NCBI GenBank assembly: GCA_038205305.1
Contig: JBBRBZ010000002.1
Coordinates: forward strand, 2,500 to 66,499
Source of the DNA: Gemmatimonadales bacterium
Lineage (GTDB): Bacteria > Gemmatimonadota > Gemmatimonadetes > Gemmatimonadales > GWC2-71-9
Length of the DNA stretch: 64,000 nt
Reading direction: 5' to 3'
Of the stretch, positions 1-11,349 are shown in pieces; the first letter of the stretch is position 1, and each line of letters opens with the position of its first letter. Made by a program: the position numbers and the translations under genes. The notes under the pieces were generated by a model, which saw nothing but the letters and a program-made list of their open reading frames with translations, made no database searches and had not been told where the DNA came from.

Positions 1-1
1 C

Positions 2-1555
2 GCCACCCAGGTGGCGGCCAAGCGCGCCGAACGCGAGCTGGCGATCGCCCGGCTCAAGGCGCCGCTTGAGGCGGAGCTGAAGCGCGCCGGCCTCACCAAT
101 TTCGAGGTCAGCGGTCGGCCGAAGAATCTCTACTCCATCTACCAGAAGATGAAGAAACGCAACAAGCCATTCGAGGAGATCTACGACCTCATGGCGATGC
201 GGGTCATCGTCCGCACGGTGCCGGAGTGCTATCACGTCCTCGGCCTGATCCACCATGTCTGGACACCGCTGCAGGAACGGATCAAGGATTACATCGCCAG
301 CCCCAAGTCGAACGGCTACCAGTCACTGCACACCACCATCTTCGGCCCCGGCGGTCAGCTGTTCGAAGTGCAGATCCGCACCCAGGAGATGCACCGGACG
401 GCCGAGTACGGGATCGCGGCACACTGGCTCTACAAGACGTCGGAAGACGGCGACGATCTCGGTCGCCAGCTTGGCTGGTTCCGCCAACTTCTGGAGCTGC
501 AGCAGGAGAGTCACACGCCGGAGGAGTTCCTCGAATTCCTCAAGGTCGACCTCTACCACGATGAAATCTTTGTCTTCACGCCGCAGGGCGACGTCAAGCA
601 ACTGCCCAAGGGCGCCACGGCGATCGACTTCGCCTTCCACGTGCACACCGACGTCGGGTTGCACACTTCGGGCGCCAAGGTCAACGGCCGCATCGCGCCA
701 CTGCATCGCGAACTGAAGAACGGCGACACCGTCGAGATCCTCACCTCGCCGCAAGCCAAGCCGAGCCGCGACTGGCTGAGTCATGTCGGCACCGGGCGCG
801 CGCGCAGCAAGATCAAGCAGTGGATCCGGCAGGAGGAGGAGACGATCTCGAGCCAGCTCGGCCGCGAGATCCTCACCCGCGAACTGAAGCGTCGTCGGCT
901 TGATGCGCCCACACTCGAGGCGATGGAGCAGGCTGCCCGCGCCCTCAATCTTGAGGATGCTCACGCGCTTGAAATTTCTCTCGGCCGCGGCGACCTGGCA
1001 CTCGGTCAGGTGATGCGCGGACTGTTCCCTGAACTCCCCTCGGAGTCGCTGCAGGAAAAGCCGCCGACGGTCTTCGGTCGAGTGATCGACCGGATTCGCC
1101 TGGGGCGGGGGATCAAGATCCAGGGCGTCGATGGGTTGATGATCCGCTACGCCCAATGTTGCCAGCCGGTGCCCGGCGATCCGGTGGTCGGCTATGTCAC
1201 GCAGGGGCGGGGCATCTCCATCCATCGCGCCGATTGCCCCAACCTGCTCACGCTCGAGGGCGAGGGGCGGCGGGTCGAGATCGACTGGCAGGAGCAGAGC
1301 GGCGAGACCTTCGCGGTGCGCTTGGTGGTGACGGGCGAGGATCGGCGCGGACTCTACGCCGACATCATGCAGACCATTTCGCAGACCGGCACCAACATCC
1401 GGGGCGCTGACCTCCACTCCAAGGACGGATCGATCTTCGGGACCGTCTTCGTCGAGGTCGACAACCTGCCGCACCTCGCCAAGGTGCTGCGGGCGATCCG
1501 CCGGGTGAAGGGTGTGGCCACGGTCGAACGGCGCGAGGCGGCCGCAGGGCCATGA
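2..1555 (+). CDS. rel: Bifunctional (p)ppGpp synthetase/hydrolase, RelA/SpoT (RSH) family; C-terminal ~515 aa only, 5' end lies outside the window
   Basis: The frame is open back to the window edge. The translation has RelA_SpoT synthetase motifs (NGYQSLHTTI, EVQIRTQEMH, AAHWLYK), then TGS-like (FVFTPQGDV..LPKGATAIDFAF) and C-terminal ACT-like regions. Confidence 0.9.
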   Translation, partial: ATQVAAKRAERELAIARLKAPLEAELKRAGLTNFEVSGRPKNLYSIYQKMKKRNKPFEEIYDLMAMRVIVRTVPECYHVLGLIHHVWTPLQERIKDYIASPKSNGYQSLHTTIFGPGGQLFEVQIRTQEMHRTAEYGIAAHWLYKTSEDGDDLGRQLGWFRQLLELQQESHTPEEFLEFLKVDLYHDEIFVFTPQGDVKQLPKGATAIDFAFHVHTDVGLHTSGAKVNGRIAPLHRELKNGDTVEILTSPQAKPSRDWLSHVGTGRARSKIKQWIRQEEETISSQLGREILTRELKRRRLDAPTLEAMEQAARALNLEDAHALEISLGRGDLALGQVMRGLFPELPSESLQEKPPTVFGRVIDRIRLGRGIKIQGVDGLMIRYAQCCQPVPGDPVVGYVTQGRGISIHRADCPNLLTLEGEGRRVEIDWQEQSGETFAVRLVVTGEDRRGLYADIMQTISQTGTNIRGADLHSKDGSIFGTVFVEVDNLPHLAKVLRAIRRVKGVATVERREAAAGP

Positions 1556-1610
1556 TTTCAGGTACATGGAGGCGGCTTGGCGTGTGGCGGCTATCGGTGT
1601 ATCTTCGGGT

Positions 1611-2021
1611 ATGCCGAATTCTTGGCTGCTGAAGAGCGAACCCTCCACCTACAGCTGGAGCGACTTGGTCCGCGACGGCCACACCGTCTGGGACGGGGTG
1701 GCGAACGCCACGGCGTTGATCCATTTGCGCGCCATGCAGGCGGGTGATGAGGCGATCATCTATCACTCGGGTGATGACCGCGCCATCATGGGCATCGCCA
1801 AGATCGTGCGCGGCCCCTATGCCGATCCCAAGCGCGATGACCCGCGGCGCGTCGTGATCGAGATCGAACCGGTCAAGCCGCTCAAGACTCCCCTTCCGCT
1901 CGCCACCGTGAAGGCCGAGAAGGGTCTCGCGGATTTTGCCTTGGTGCGAATCAGTCGGTTGTCGTGCCTGCCGGTCGCTCCCGCGCACCGGAAGCTGCTC
2001 CGCGCCCTCGGAGTGAAGTAG
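1611..2021 (+). CDS. EVE (PUA-like) domain protein
   Basis: ATG at 1611 lies inside ORF 1512..2021. [41 protein letters not shown] is typical of standalone EVE/thymocyte-nuclear-protein-1-like proteins. Confidence 0.75.
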   Translation: MPNSWLLKSEPSTYSWSDLVRDGHTVWDGVANATALIHLRAMQAGDEAIIYHSGDDRAIMGIAKIVRGPYADPKRDDPRRVVIEIEPVKPLKTPLPLATVKAEKGLADFALVRISRLSCLPVAPAHRKLLRALGVK

Positions 2022-2026
2022 CCGCC

Positions 2027-4065
<2,039 letters not shown>

Positions 4066-4069
<4 letters not shown>

Positions 4070-4473
4070 CGGTGCCCCCACTCTCCGAGGCGGCGCTGCT
4101 CGAGGAAGGCGCACGACTCGGCCGGGAACTCCCGACCGGAAGCGTGGTGTGGCTGGTCGGCGGCCTGGGGGCAGGGAAGACCACGCTGGTCCGCGCTATC
4201 GCCCGCGGTCGCGGCGTGCACGGGTCCGCCAACTCGCCCACCTATGCGCTGGTCCACCACTATGAAGGGCCAAGCGGTGATGTCTACCATGTGGACTGCT
4301 ACCGGCTGCGCGACCCGGAGGAGGCGATCGATCTCGACTGGGCGACACTGGTGGCGGCCGACCTGCTCCTGATCGAGTGGCCGGAACGCGCTGGCGCGTG
4401 GGCCCCGGCCCCGACGCACACCATTTCGCTCACGGCGGTCGACGCGGACCATCGTGTCATGGACGTCCGGTGA
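4066..4473 (+). CDS. tsaE: tRNA t6A37 biosynthesis ATPase TsaE (YjeE)
   Basis: GTGA overlap with the uvrB stop. P-loop [36 protein letters not shown] motifs. Confidence 0.85.
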
Positions 4474-5186
4474 TCACCCTCGCCCTCGAGTCGGCGAGTG
4501 ATCGGTGCACCGTTGCGGCCACCGACGGCGAGCGCGTCGCATCGCGGCATCTCGATGGCGCACGCGGACATGCGACGGCCATCCTCACCCTGCTCGATGC
4601 CGTCCTCGCCGAGCTCGGCGCCAAGGTGACCGATGCCGAGCGGCTGATCACCGGTGATGGGCCCGGTTCGTTCACCGGGCTGCGCGTGGCGACGTCCGTG
4701 GCGAAGGCGATCGTCTGGCACCGCCCGGTGGAGTGGCGCACTGCCCCCTCGCTGTTGGTGCGAGCGGCGGCACACGAGGGGGAAGGGGATGTGATCGTCG
4801 GATTGAGTGATGCCTTGCGTGGCGACGTGTATGCCGGCTGTTGGCGATTCGGCGCGCATGGGGTAGAGTCGGTGGGGGGGGCGCCCAGGGCGATGCGTCC
4901 CGAGGCGCTGCTCGACTTCGGCGCGATCGACCGGGTGGTCGGCACGGTGCCGCCGGCGATCGCGGCCGCGGTGGCAGAAATCACCGGGCGCGTCGTGATC
5001 GGCGGGGACGAGGCGCTGCCCGACGCGCGATATTTGTTGCAGCTGGCCGACCGCCCGGGTGGCACCACACCCGTGGTGGCGCCCGAGAGGTGGGAACCCG
5101 AGTATGGTCGCCCTGCCGAAGCACAGGCGGTCTGGGAGCGCAGGCATGGACGAGCTCTGCCACATACGCCCGGCATCGCTCGCTGA
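4470..5186 (+). CDS. tsaB: tRNA t6A37 biosynthesis protein TsaB (YeaZ)
   Basis: In-frame GTG at 4470 overlaps the tsaE stop (GTGA). [16 protein letters not shown].. and GPGSFTGLRVATSVAKA are the YeaZ/Gcp-like fold signature. Confidence 0.8.
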   Translation: MITLALESASDRCTVAATDGERVASRHLDGARGHATAILTLLDAVLAELGAKVTDAERLITGDGPGSFTGLRVATSVAKAIVWHRPVEWRTAPSLLVRAAAHEGEGDVIVGLSDALRGDVYAGCWRFGAHGVESVGGAPRAMRPEALLDFGAIDRVVGTVPPAIAAAVAEITGRVVIGGDEALPDARYLLQLADRPGGTTPVVAPERWEPEYGRPAEAQAVWERRHGRALPHTPGIAR

Positions 5187-5628
5187 CCTGGGGCGGTTGG
5201 TGATCCTGGAGGACGCCTCCTTCACCGACCCATGGACAGCGGGACAGCTCGCCGAGTCGCTCGGCGAGGCCCACACCATCGGGCTGGTGGCGGAGGACGG
5301 GTTCGGGGCGCTGGCCGGCTATCTGCTCGCCCGGGTGGTGCTGGATGAGGCCGAGGTCCTGAGCGTGGCGGTGGGGAGCGAGTGGCGGCGCCAGGGCCTT
5401 GGTCGGCGGCTGCTGGAGCAGGCGCTGGAGGAGATGGGGGCACAGGGGGTCCTCTCGGTGTGGCTGGAGGTCCGCCCCTCCAACGAGGGCGCCCTCGCGC
5501 TGTACCACGCCGCCAACTTCGTCGCTGTCGGGCGACGGAGGAGCTATTATCGTCGGCCGGTGGAGGACGCCATGGTCCTCCGTCGAGCGCTGTCCACCAA
5601 CGCGTTGGCGGAGCCACCGCTGCGCTGA
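5146..5628 (+). CDS. rimI: Ribosomal-protein-alanine N-acetyltransferase (GNAT)
   Basis: ATG at 5146 inside ORF 5059..5628. GNAT core VAVGSEWRRQGLGRRLLEQAL, ..EVRPSNEGALALY.., RRRSYY. Sits in the canonical tsaE-tsaB-rimI order. Confidence 0.8.
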   Translation: MDELCHIRPASLADLGRLVILEDASFTDPWTAGQLAESLGEAHTIGLVAEDGFGALAGYLLARVVLDEAEVLSVAVGSEWRRQGLGRRLLEQALEEMGAQGVLSVWLEVRPSNEGALALYHAANFVAVGRRRSYYRRPVEDAMVLRRALSTNALAEPPLR

Positions 5629-5716
5629 TCCGATGCCGGGCTTCGCTGGGAACGGGGAGAACTTTCCCGTGTTCACTGGAGCATCTATTCCGTCTGACTG
5701 ACGCTGGAGCAATGCA

Positions 5717-6214
5717 ATGAGCAAGAGTCTCAACAAGGTGATCCTGCTGGGCAATCTTGGCGCCGATCCGGAGGTCCGCGCGACCCCGAATGGCGCCCGC
5801 GTGGCCACGCTTTCCCTCGCCACCGGGCGCCAGTGGAAGGGCGCCGATGGCCAACGCCAGGAGAAGACTGAGTGGCATCGGATCATCTGCTGGAACAACA
5901 AGACCGGGCAGCAGCTCGCCGACGTGGTCGAGAAGTATTGCAAAAAGGGCGACAAGCTCTACGTCGAGGGCGAGATTGAATATCGCTCGTGGCAGGACAA
6001 GGACGGCCAGACCAAGTACACCACCGAGATTCGCGCCCGCGAGATCATTCTGCTCTCCGGCAAGGGCGATTCCGATGGCGGCGGTAGCGGTGGTGGCAGC
6101 TGGAGCGGCGCGCGCGCCCCGAGCGGCAAGGCCGCGGCGGGTGCCAAGAAGGACACCTCGCTCGACGAGGTGCCCGAGGCGCTCGATGCCGATGATGATG
6201 ATCTGCCGTTCTGA
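5717..6214 (+). CDS. ssb: Single-stranded DNA-binding protein
   Basis: LNKVILLGNLGADPEVR OB-fold N-terminus, Gly-rich linker, acidic C-terminal tip DDDDLPF. Confidence 0.95.
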   Translation: MSKSLNKVILLGNLGADPEVRATPNGARVATLSLATGRQWKGADGQRQEKTEWHRIICWNNKTGQQLADVVEKYCKKGDKLYVEGEIEYRSWQDKDGQTKYTTEIRAREIILLSGKGDSDGGGSGGGSWSGARAPSGKAAAGAKKDTSLDEVPEALDADDDDLPF

Positions 6215-6244
6215 TCACTGAGGTACCGCGGCAGGAAAATGCTA

Positions 6245-6283
6245 GCAGACGGCCCGCCATTCACCGGGGGCCGTCTGCCTTTT
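6245..6283 (+). terminator. Rho-independent terminator after ssb
   Basis: Inverted repeat GCAGACGGCCC (6245-6255) / GGGCCGTCTGC (6268-6278), followed by CTTTTCC. Confidence 0.6.
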
Positions 6284-6349
6284 CCGGCCCCGTCCGATAC
6301 TACCGATCCATTAGCTTTCCCTCCATCCGACCCACCGGGAGGTACCGCA

Positions 6350-7159
6350 ATGCGATCGACCCTCACTGTGCTCGCCCTGCTGGCAGCCGCGCCCCTCGGC
6401 GCCCAAGTCAGTGCCCCAATGACGCCCCGAATGTCCGCGACCTCCAGTTCAGACCGCTCCGACGTCTTCGCACCGCTCCGGCCTGGTGAACTGCACTCCG
6501 CCGCCTTCCTCACCGAAATGCAGCCGATGCCGTACGGCCGAGTGCTCGGTCCGGTCAGCCAGGCGGCGGTGGTGGCCCACCAGTCGGCCGAGATGGTCAT
6601 GGTGGGGAGGACGATCGGCCTGCTGCCGCCGGCCGGGGCAGCCTATCAGCGCGGGGACACCGTCGTTCTCGCAGCCGTGACCCCGGCGGCGAGGGGTTGG
6701 GGGGAGATGGTGGTTCCCACCGGACTCGCGCTGGTCGGCGCGAGCACTCCCCGCCAGACCGAGGCCCTGGTGATCGCCAGCTACGGGCCGATTCGCGCGG
6801 GGCAGGTCACCCTGCCGATGGGCCCCACGCCGACGGCCAACAACAGCGACCCAGTGAAGGCAGATGGCCCGACCGGCAACTTCCTCTTTGGCGAGGAGCA
6901 GGGCAATCCGCGCCAACTGGGGAGCCAGCTCTTCATCGATATCGGGAGCAATGCCGGCCTGCGACTTGGCGACTACATCGAGTTCCGGGGTCACCCTGGC
7001 CCCCGGCTCAACGGCGCGGACACGATCGACAAGGGGCTGGCGATTGGCCAGGTAGTCCACCTTGGCGCCAAGAGCAGCACCGTCCGGCTCTACCGGATTT
7101 CCGACCCGACCATCGTGATGGGAACCCCCGCCGTACGGGTGGCGACCCTGCCCAACTGA
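6350..7159 (+). CDS. Secreted hypothetical protein with two tandem beta-rich modules
   Basis: ATG at 6350 preceded by GGGAGG. Signal peptide MRSTLTVLALLAAAPLGAQ. No family recognised with confidence. Confidence 0.6.
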   Translation: MRSTLTVLALLAAAPLGAQVSAPMTPRMSATSSSDRSDVFAPLRPGELHSAAFLTEMQPMPYGRVLGPVSQAAVVAHQSAEMVMVGRTIGLLPPAGAAYQRGDTVVLAAVTPAARGWGEMVVPTGLALVGASTPRQTEALVIASYGPIRAGQVTLPMGPTPTANNSDPVKADGPTGNFLFGEEQGNPRQLGSQLFIDIGSNAGLRLGDYIEFRGHPGPRLNGADTIDKGLAIGQVVHLGAKSSTVRLYRISDPTIVMGTPAVRVATLPN

Positions 7160-7247
7160 AGCGCGGCCCCTCGCTCGACTATCTTCCTCCCACATTCTCG
7201 TAAACCCTGACGGCGGGCGCCTTTGGCGTCCGCCGCGGAGATCTCAC

Positions 7248-8198
7248 ATGAGCGGTTCAGTCCTGATCACCGGTGGCGCCGGCTTCATCGGCTCGCACAT
7301 CGCCGAAGCCTTCCAGGGAGCCGGTTGGTCGGTCACCTGCCTCGATGACCTGTCGCGCGGCAAGCAGGAGCAGGTGCCGGCTGGCGCGACGTTCATCAAG
7401 GCCGATGTCCGCGATCGGCAGGCGTTCGAGGTGGCCGCCGATGGCCACTTCGACGTGATCATTCATGAGGCGGCCCAGATCGACGTCCGCGTGAGCGTGA
7501 CGGAACCGGCGCTCGACGCCTCGATCAACCTGGTCGGCTTTGCGAACATGCTCGCCGGTGCGGCCGCGGGGAAAACCCGGCGGGTGATCTTCGCGTCGAG
7601 CGGTGGTGTGGTCTATGGCGACCCCGCACTGCTGCCGACGCCTGAACCGACGGCGAATCTGCCGATCTCGCCGTACGGCGTCAGCAAACTCGCCGGTGAG
7701 CACTATCTCCGCGTGCTGGGCGAGCTGAATGGCTTCGAGGGTGTGGCCCTGCGCTACTCGAACGTCTACGGTCCCAGACAGGACCCCAAGTCGGAAGCCG
7801 GGGTCGTGTCGATCTTCGTCTCCCGCCTGCTGGAGGGAAAACCGTTGACCGTCTTTGGCGATGGCACCCAGACTCGTGACTACGTCTTCGTGAAGGATGT
7901 CGCGCGGGCCAACCTGCTCGCGGCGTCGGCGTCGATCACCCGGGGCACTCGCCTCGACGGTCCGGCGTTCAACATCGCCACCGGCAAGGAGACCACGGTG
8001 AACGAGCTGGCCGCCCATGTCGGTCGTGCGCTCGGAAAGACTCCCGTGATCGAGTACGCCGCCGCGCGGCCGGGCGAGCTCTTCCGCTCCTGCCTCGACG
8101 TGTCCAAGGCGGGCCGCGAACTGGGTTGGACACCTGAGGTCACCTTCGATGACGGCATGAAGGCGCTCGCCGGCTGGTTCGAAGGGTCCCGGTCGTGA
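7248..8198 (+). CDS. NAD-dependent epimerase/dehydratase (UDP-glucose 4-epimerase-like SDR)
   Basis: Rossmann motif VLITGGAGFIGSH, catalytic YGVSK, extended-SDR length (316 aa). Confidence 0.85.
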   Translation: MSGSVLITGGAGFIGSHIAEAFQGAGWSVTCLDDLSRGKQEQVPAGATFIKADVRDRQAFEVAADGHFDVIIHEAAQIDVRVSVTEPALDASINLVGFANMLAGAAAGKTRRVIFASSGGVVYGDPALLPTPEPTANLPISPYGVSKLAGEHYLRVLGELNGFEGVALRYSNVYGPRQDPKSEAGVVSIFVSRLLEGKPLTVFGDGTQTRDYVFVKDVARANLLAASASITRGTRLDGPAFNIATGKETTVNELAAHVGRALGKTPVIEYAAARPGELFRSCLDVSKAGRELGWTPEVTFDDGMKALAGWFEGSRS

Positions 8199-8908
8199 TG
8201 CAGTCGGCGCCGGACACCGGCCAATCCGCCAAGGGATTTCTGGACCTCATCATTGGTGCCAAGATCGAGACGCAGGTCGTCCTGCTGATCTGCGCCGTCT
8301 TCTCCGTCATCTCGTGGTACATCATCGCCGTGAAGTGGTGGGAGTTCCGCCGGCTGCGCGCCCAGCGGCGCAGCTTTGACCAGGCGATGCTCCGCACCCG
8401 CGGGATGGACGAACGGGAGCTGGCGGTTTCGACCATCGGCACGTCACCCTTCGGGGCGATCGTCCGCTGCACCACCGCGTTCCTCACCGACCTGCAGGAG
8501 ACGATGACCCGGCAGGGCGTCGAGCGGACTGGGCTTTCGCTCACCCAGCTCGAGGCGCTGTCGATGACACTCGAGAGCGAAGTGGGCAAAGAAGTCGATG
8601 AGGTGGGCCGCATGGTGCCCATGCTCGCCACGGTGGCTGCGACCGCACCGCTCCTCGGCCTGCTCGGTACGGTGCTGGGCATTGTCAACGCGTTCCTCAA
8701 TATCGGGCAGGGAAACGCGAGCAACCTCTCGGCCGTGGGTCCGAATATTGCCGACGCGCTGATTGCAACGGCGGCCGGCCTCGCCGCTGCGATTCCCGCG
8801 GTCGTGGCGTACAACGTCTTCACCGCACGGGCGCAGCGATTCGAGGGGGAACTCGAGCGGCTCGCCCAGGGAACCATCGGCGCCCTCGGGCGTGAGGGTC
8901 GCCTGTAG
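8195..8908 (+). CDS. tolQ: Tol-Pal system proton channel protein TolQ (MotA/TolQ/ExbB family)
   Basis: Overlaps the epimerase stop. C-terminal MotA_ExbB core LATVAATAPLLGLLGTVLGI..AF..I and ALIATAAGLAAAIPAVVAYN. Confidence 0.85.
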   Translation: MMQSAPDTGQSAKGFLDLIIGAKIETQVVLLICAVFSVISWYIIAVKWWEFRRLRAQRRSFDQAMLRTRGMDERELAVSTIGTSPFGAIVRCTTAFLTDLQETMTRQGVERTGLSLTQLEALSMTLESEVGKEVDEVGRMVPMLATVAATAPLLGLLGTVLGIVNAFLNIGQGNASNLSAVGPNIADALIATAAGLAAAIPAVVAYNVFTARAQRFEGELERLAQGTIGALGREGRL

Positions 8909-8909
8909 C

Positions 8910-9335
8910 ATGGCGCGATTCGGCGGACTCGGACGGATGCGGCGGGCTCGGCACCTCAACGCCGAGGTCAACATCATCAACCTCGTCGACGTGATCCTGG
9001 TGCTGTTGATCATCTTCATGATCACGGCACCGATCATGAGTGGCGGCGTCAAAGTCGAGTTGCCCAAGTCCGTGGTGGGACCGATCGAGACCGAGGACGT
9101 GCTCAACATCAGCATCACCAGCAAGGGGATGATCTCGATCGGCGACTCGCCCAAGCTGATGAGCTTCGACGCGTTTCGCGCAAGCATCGGGGTGGTGATC
9201 GCAAACGTGCATCCCAAGACTGCCTCCATCCGGGGGGACGCCTCGGTGCCGTACGGCGTCGTGACCCGGGTGATGGGCGTGCTGAACGAGCACAAGCTGC
9301 AGCTCGGCCTTGTCGCAGAGCCGATGAAGCCATGA
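8910..9335 (+). CDS. tolR: Tol-Pal system protein TolR (ExbD/TolR family)
   Basis: ATG at 8910 lies 1 nt after the tolQ stop. AEVNIINLVDVILVLLIIFMITAP is the ExbD/TolR TM signature. Confidence 0.85.
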   Translation: MARFGGLGRMRRARHLNAEVNIINLVDVILVLLIIFMITAPIMSGGVKVELPKSVVGPIETEDVLNISITSKGMISIGDSPKLMSFDAFRASIGVVIANVHPKTASIRGDASVPYGVVTRVMGVLNEHKLQLGLVAEPMKP

Positions 9336-10027
9336 ATGAGGTCTCGCGGGCACCGACATCGATCGGGGTGATCGGCACGACGGTCGCCCACGGACTCTTT
9401 GTTGGCGCGCTGCTCTTCGCCGGGCATCGGGGCAACGAGCCGCAGACGATCACCTATGCGGTGAGCCTCACCGCGGCGCCCGCGCCGTCGGCAGGCGCGT
9501 CGACCAAGCCCGTGGTCGCTCCGCCGCAGCCGGCGCCAGAGAAGGTGGTAGCGGCGAAGCCGACAGTGAAGGCGAAGAAGCCTCCGGCGAAGAAGCCGGA
9601 GGCCAAGAAGCCGACCGCGGTGCCGTCCACCAAGCCCGCGCCCAAGGAGGCGCAGCCAAAGACCACCACGACCCCGCTGCCCGGTGAGGCACCGGGCACC
9701 GGGCAGGACGTGCTGACCAAGACCTTTCCGGGGCTTGACTTTCCTGATCGCGAATATCTCGCGAAGATCGTCAATGAGGTCTACTCGCGTTTTGCCGACA
9801 AGGATTGGCCCGCAGGACTCGAGGCGATGGTCGGCTTCACCATTCACCGCGATGGGAGCATCACGGATATTGTCATGCTGAAATCCTCGCGCTGGCCGCC
9901 CTTCAATCTGGCGGCGAAGAGTGCCGTCACCGAGATGGCCAAGGCCAAGGTCCTCCCTCCGCTCCCGGCGATGTGGCCGAGTGATGCATTGCCGATCTCT
10001 TTCTCCTTCGCACCGAGGAAGCCGTGA
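9332..10027 (+). CDS. tolA: TolA-like energy transducer with TonB-type C-terminal domain
   Basis: ATGA overlap with tolR. N-terminal TM, Pro/Lys/Ala-rich spacer (KPAPKEAQPK..), and a C-terminal TonB_C-like fold (VGFTIHRDGSITDIVMLKSS). Position is between tolR and tolB. Confidence 0.7.
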   Translation: MNEVSRAPTSIGVIGTTVAHGLFVGALLFAGHRGNEPQTITYAVSLTAAPAPSAGASTKPVVAPPQPAPEKVVAAKPTVKAKKPPAKKPEAKKPTAVPSTKPAPKEAQPKTTTTPLPGEAPGTGQDVLTKTFPGLDFPDREYLAKIVNEVYSRFADKDWPAGLEAMVGFTIHRDGSITDIVMLKSSRWPPFNLAAKSAVTEMAKAKVLPPLPAMWPSDALPISFSFAPRKP

Positions 10028-11349
10028 ACCGACTCCTCCGCGGGGCGGTGGTCGGCGTGGTGCTGACGGCGGGTGCCGTGACCGCGGCGCTCGCCCAGGA
10101 TTCGAGCTCCATCAAGCGGGTAGCGCTGGGCATCACCTACGGCGGTGGCGCGCGTCCCGGGATGATCGTCATTGGCGCGCCCGGACTCGACTCCGTGCGC
10201 AAGATTGTCGAGCGCGACCTGCTGGCGAATTCCGATCACTATGAGGCGGCGTTCGTGCCGGACTCCACCAACGGGGCACTGCTCACGATCGACGCCCTCA
10301 AGGGAATCGGCATCCGCTGGGGCGTGGTGCTGACTCCGGCGCCCGGCGGCGTGCAGTCGCGGCTCTACAACCTCGTCACCGGCGTGCTGGTGCAGGACGC
10401 CACCCGCGCGCTCGACATCCGTGGTGAAGGTGATTCCCGCCTGGCGATCCATCAGTTGAGTGACGAGATCCAGAGCTGGACTGGTGAAGGGAAGGGCATC
10501 GCCGCGACACGCGTCATGATGAAGATCAAGCGCGGTGATGATGACCGCATCTGGCGGATTGACTCCGACGGCCAGAATTTGGTGCCGGTGACTCGCGCCG
10601 GGCCCTACTTTTACATCACCCCTGCTTGGGGTCCCGATGGCGAGCGAATTGCTTACTCGGAATACAGCGATGGGGTCTGGACCCTCTGGCTGCAGACCCT
10701 GAAGACGGGGACCAGAAATCGGGTCCAGTCCAAGAGCAACAACTCCTCGCCGGCCTTCGCGCCGGATGGGCAAACCCTTGCCTTTCAGCGGGACGCCGAA
10801 AAAGGTGCAAACATCTGGACCGTCGAGATTTCCGGAACCATCTGCTGCGAGGAGCAGAAGAACCCGACGCGGTTTGCGGATAACATTCACCCCACCTATT
10901 CTCCTAACGGCGCACGGATAGCCTTTGTCACCAACCGGGCCGGATCCCGACAGATCTGGGTGATGGACCGGGATGGGTCGCTACCGTCGGTGCTGGTGAT
11001 TCCCGAAACGGGGTTGGGCAGTGCGGGCGCCCCCGCGTGGTCGCCGGATGGAAGCACCATCGCCTATTCGCAGGATGTACAGGGCGGCGGTCGGCAGGTT
11101 CGGCTGTACAACATCGCCAGCGGGCGGACCACCGTGCTCGCGGCGTCGGGGCTGAACGACACCCCGAGTTGGGCGCCGGATTCCCGGCACTTGGTAGTGA
11201 AGACCAATCGATCGGGTCGGGAACAGTTGATGATTTTCGACATTCTGACCCAGGCCAGTCGACCATTGATCACCCCTGGCTCCACCACGTACCCTGCGTG
11301 GTCTCCGGCGCTCGGCGCCACGAACCCTCGAAACGGAGGACCGCAATGA
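10024..11349 (+). CDS. tolB: Tol-Pal system beta-propeller protein TolB
   Basis: GTGA overlap. Signal peptide, then repeated PxWSPDG-type blades (TPAWGPDGERIAYS, SPAFAPDGQTLAF, HPTYSPNGARIAF, APAWSPDGSTIAYS, TPSWAPDSRHLV). Confidence 0.85.
   Translation: MNRLLRGAVVGVVLTAGAVTAALAQDSSSIKRVALGITYGGGARPGMIVIGAPGLDSVRKIVERDLLANSDHYEAAFVPDSTNGALLTIDALKGIGIRWGVVLTPAPGGVQSRLYNLVTGVLVQDATRALDIRGEGDSRLAIHQLSDEIQSWTGEGKGIAATRVMMKIKRGDDDRIWRIDSDGQNLVPVTRAGPYFYITPAWGPDGERIAYSEYSDGVWTLWLQTLKTGTRNRVQSKSNNSSPAFAPDGQTLAFQRDAEKGANIWTVEISGTICCEEQKNPTRFADNIHPTYSPNGARIAFVTNRAGSRQIWVMDRDGSLPSVLVIPETGLGSAGAPAWSPDGSTIAYSQDVQGGGRQVRLYNIASGRTTVLAASGLNDTPSWAPDSRHLVVKTNRSGREQLMIFDILTQASRPLITPGSTTYPAWSPALGATNPRNGGPQ

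Noticed and set aside
5650-5670. GAAC-N8-GTTC palindrome (gagaactttcccgtgttcac) upstream of ssb, as a possible Cheo-box-like SOS operator.
   Set aside because: Only the outer 4 nt are palindromic, and the spacing (N8) fits no known LexA box. No similar element occurs upstream of recA or uvrB, so it is likely chance.
7213-7237. Imperfect GC hairpin (CGGCGGGCGCC-TTT-GGCGTCCGCCG) after the secreted hypothetical gene, as a terminator.
   Set aside because: It has one mismatch in the stem and no T-tract on either side, and lies 11 nt before the epimerase ATG. This is too weak to annotate.
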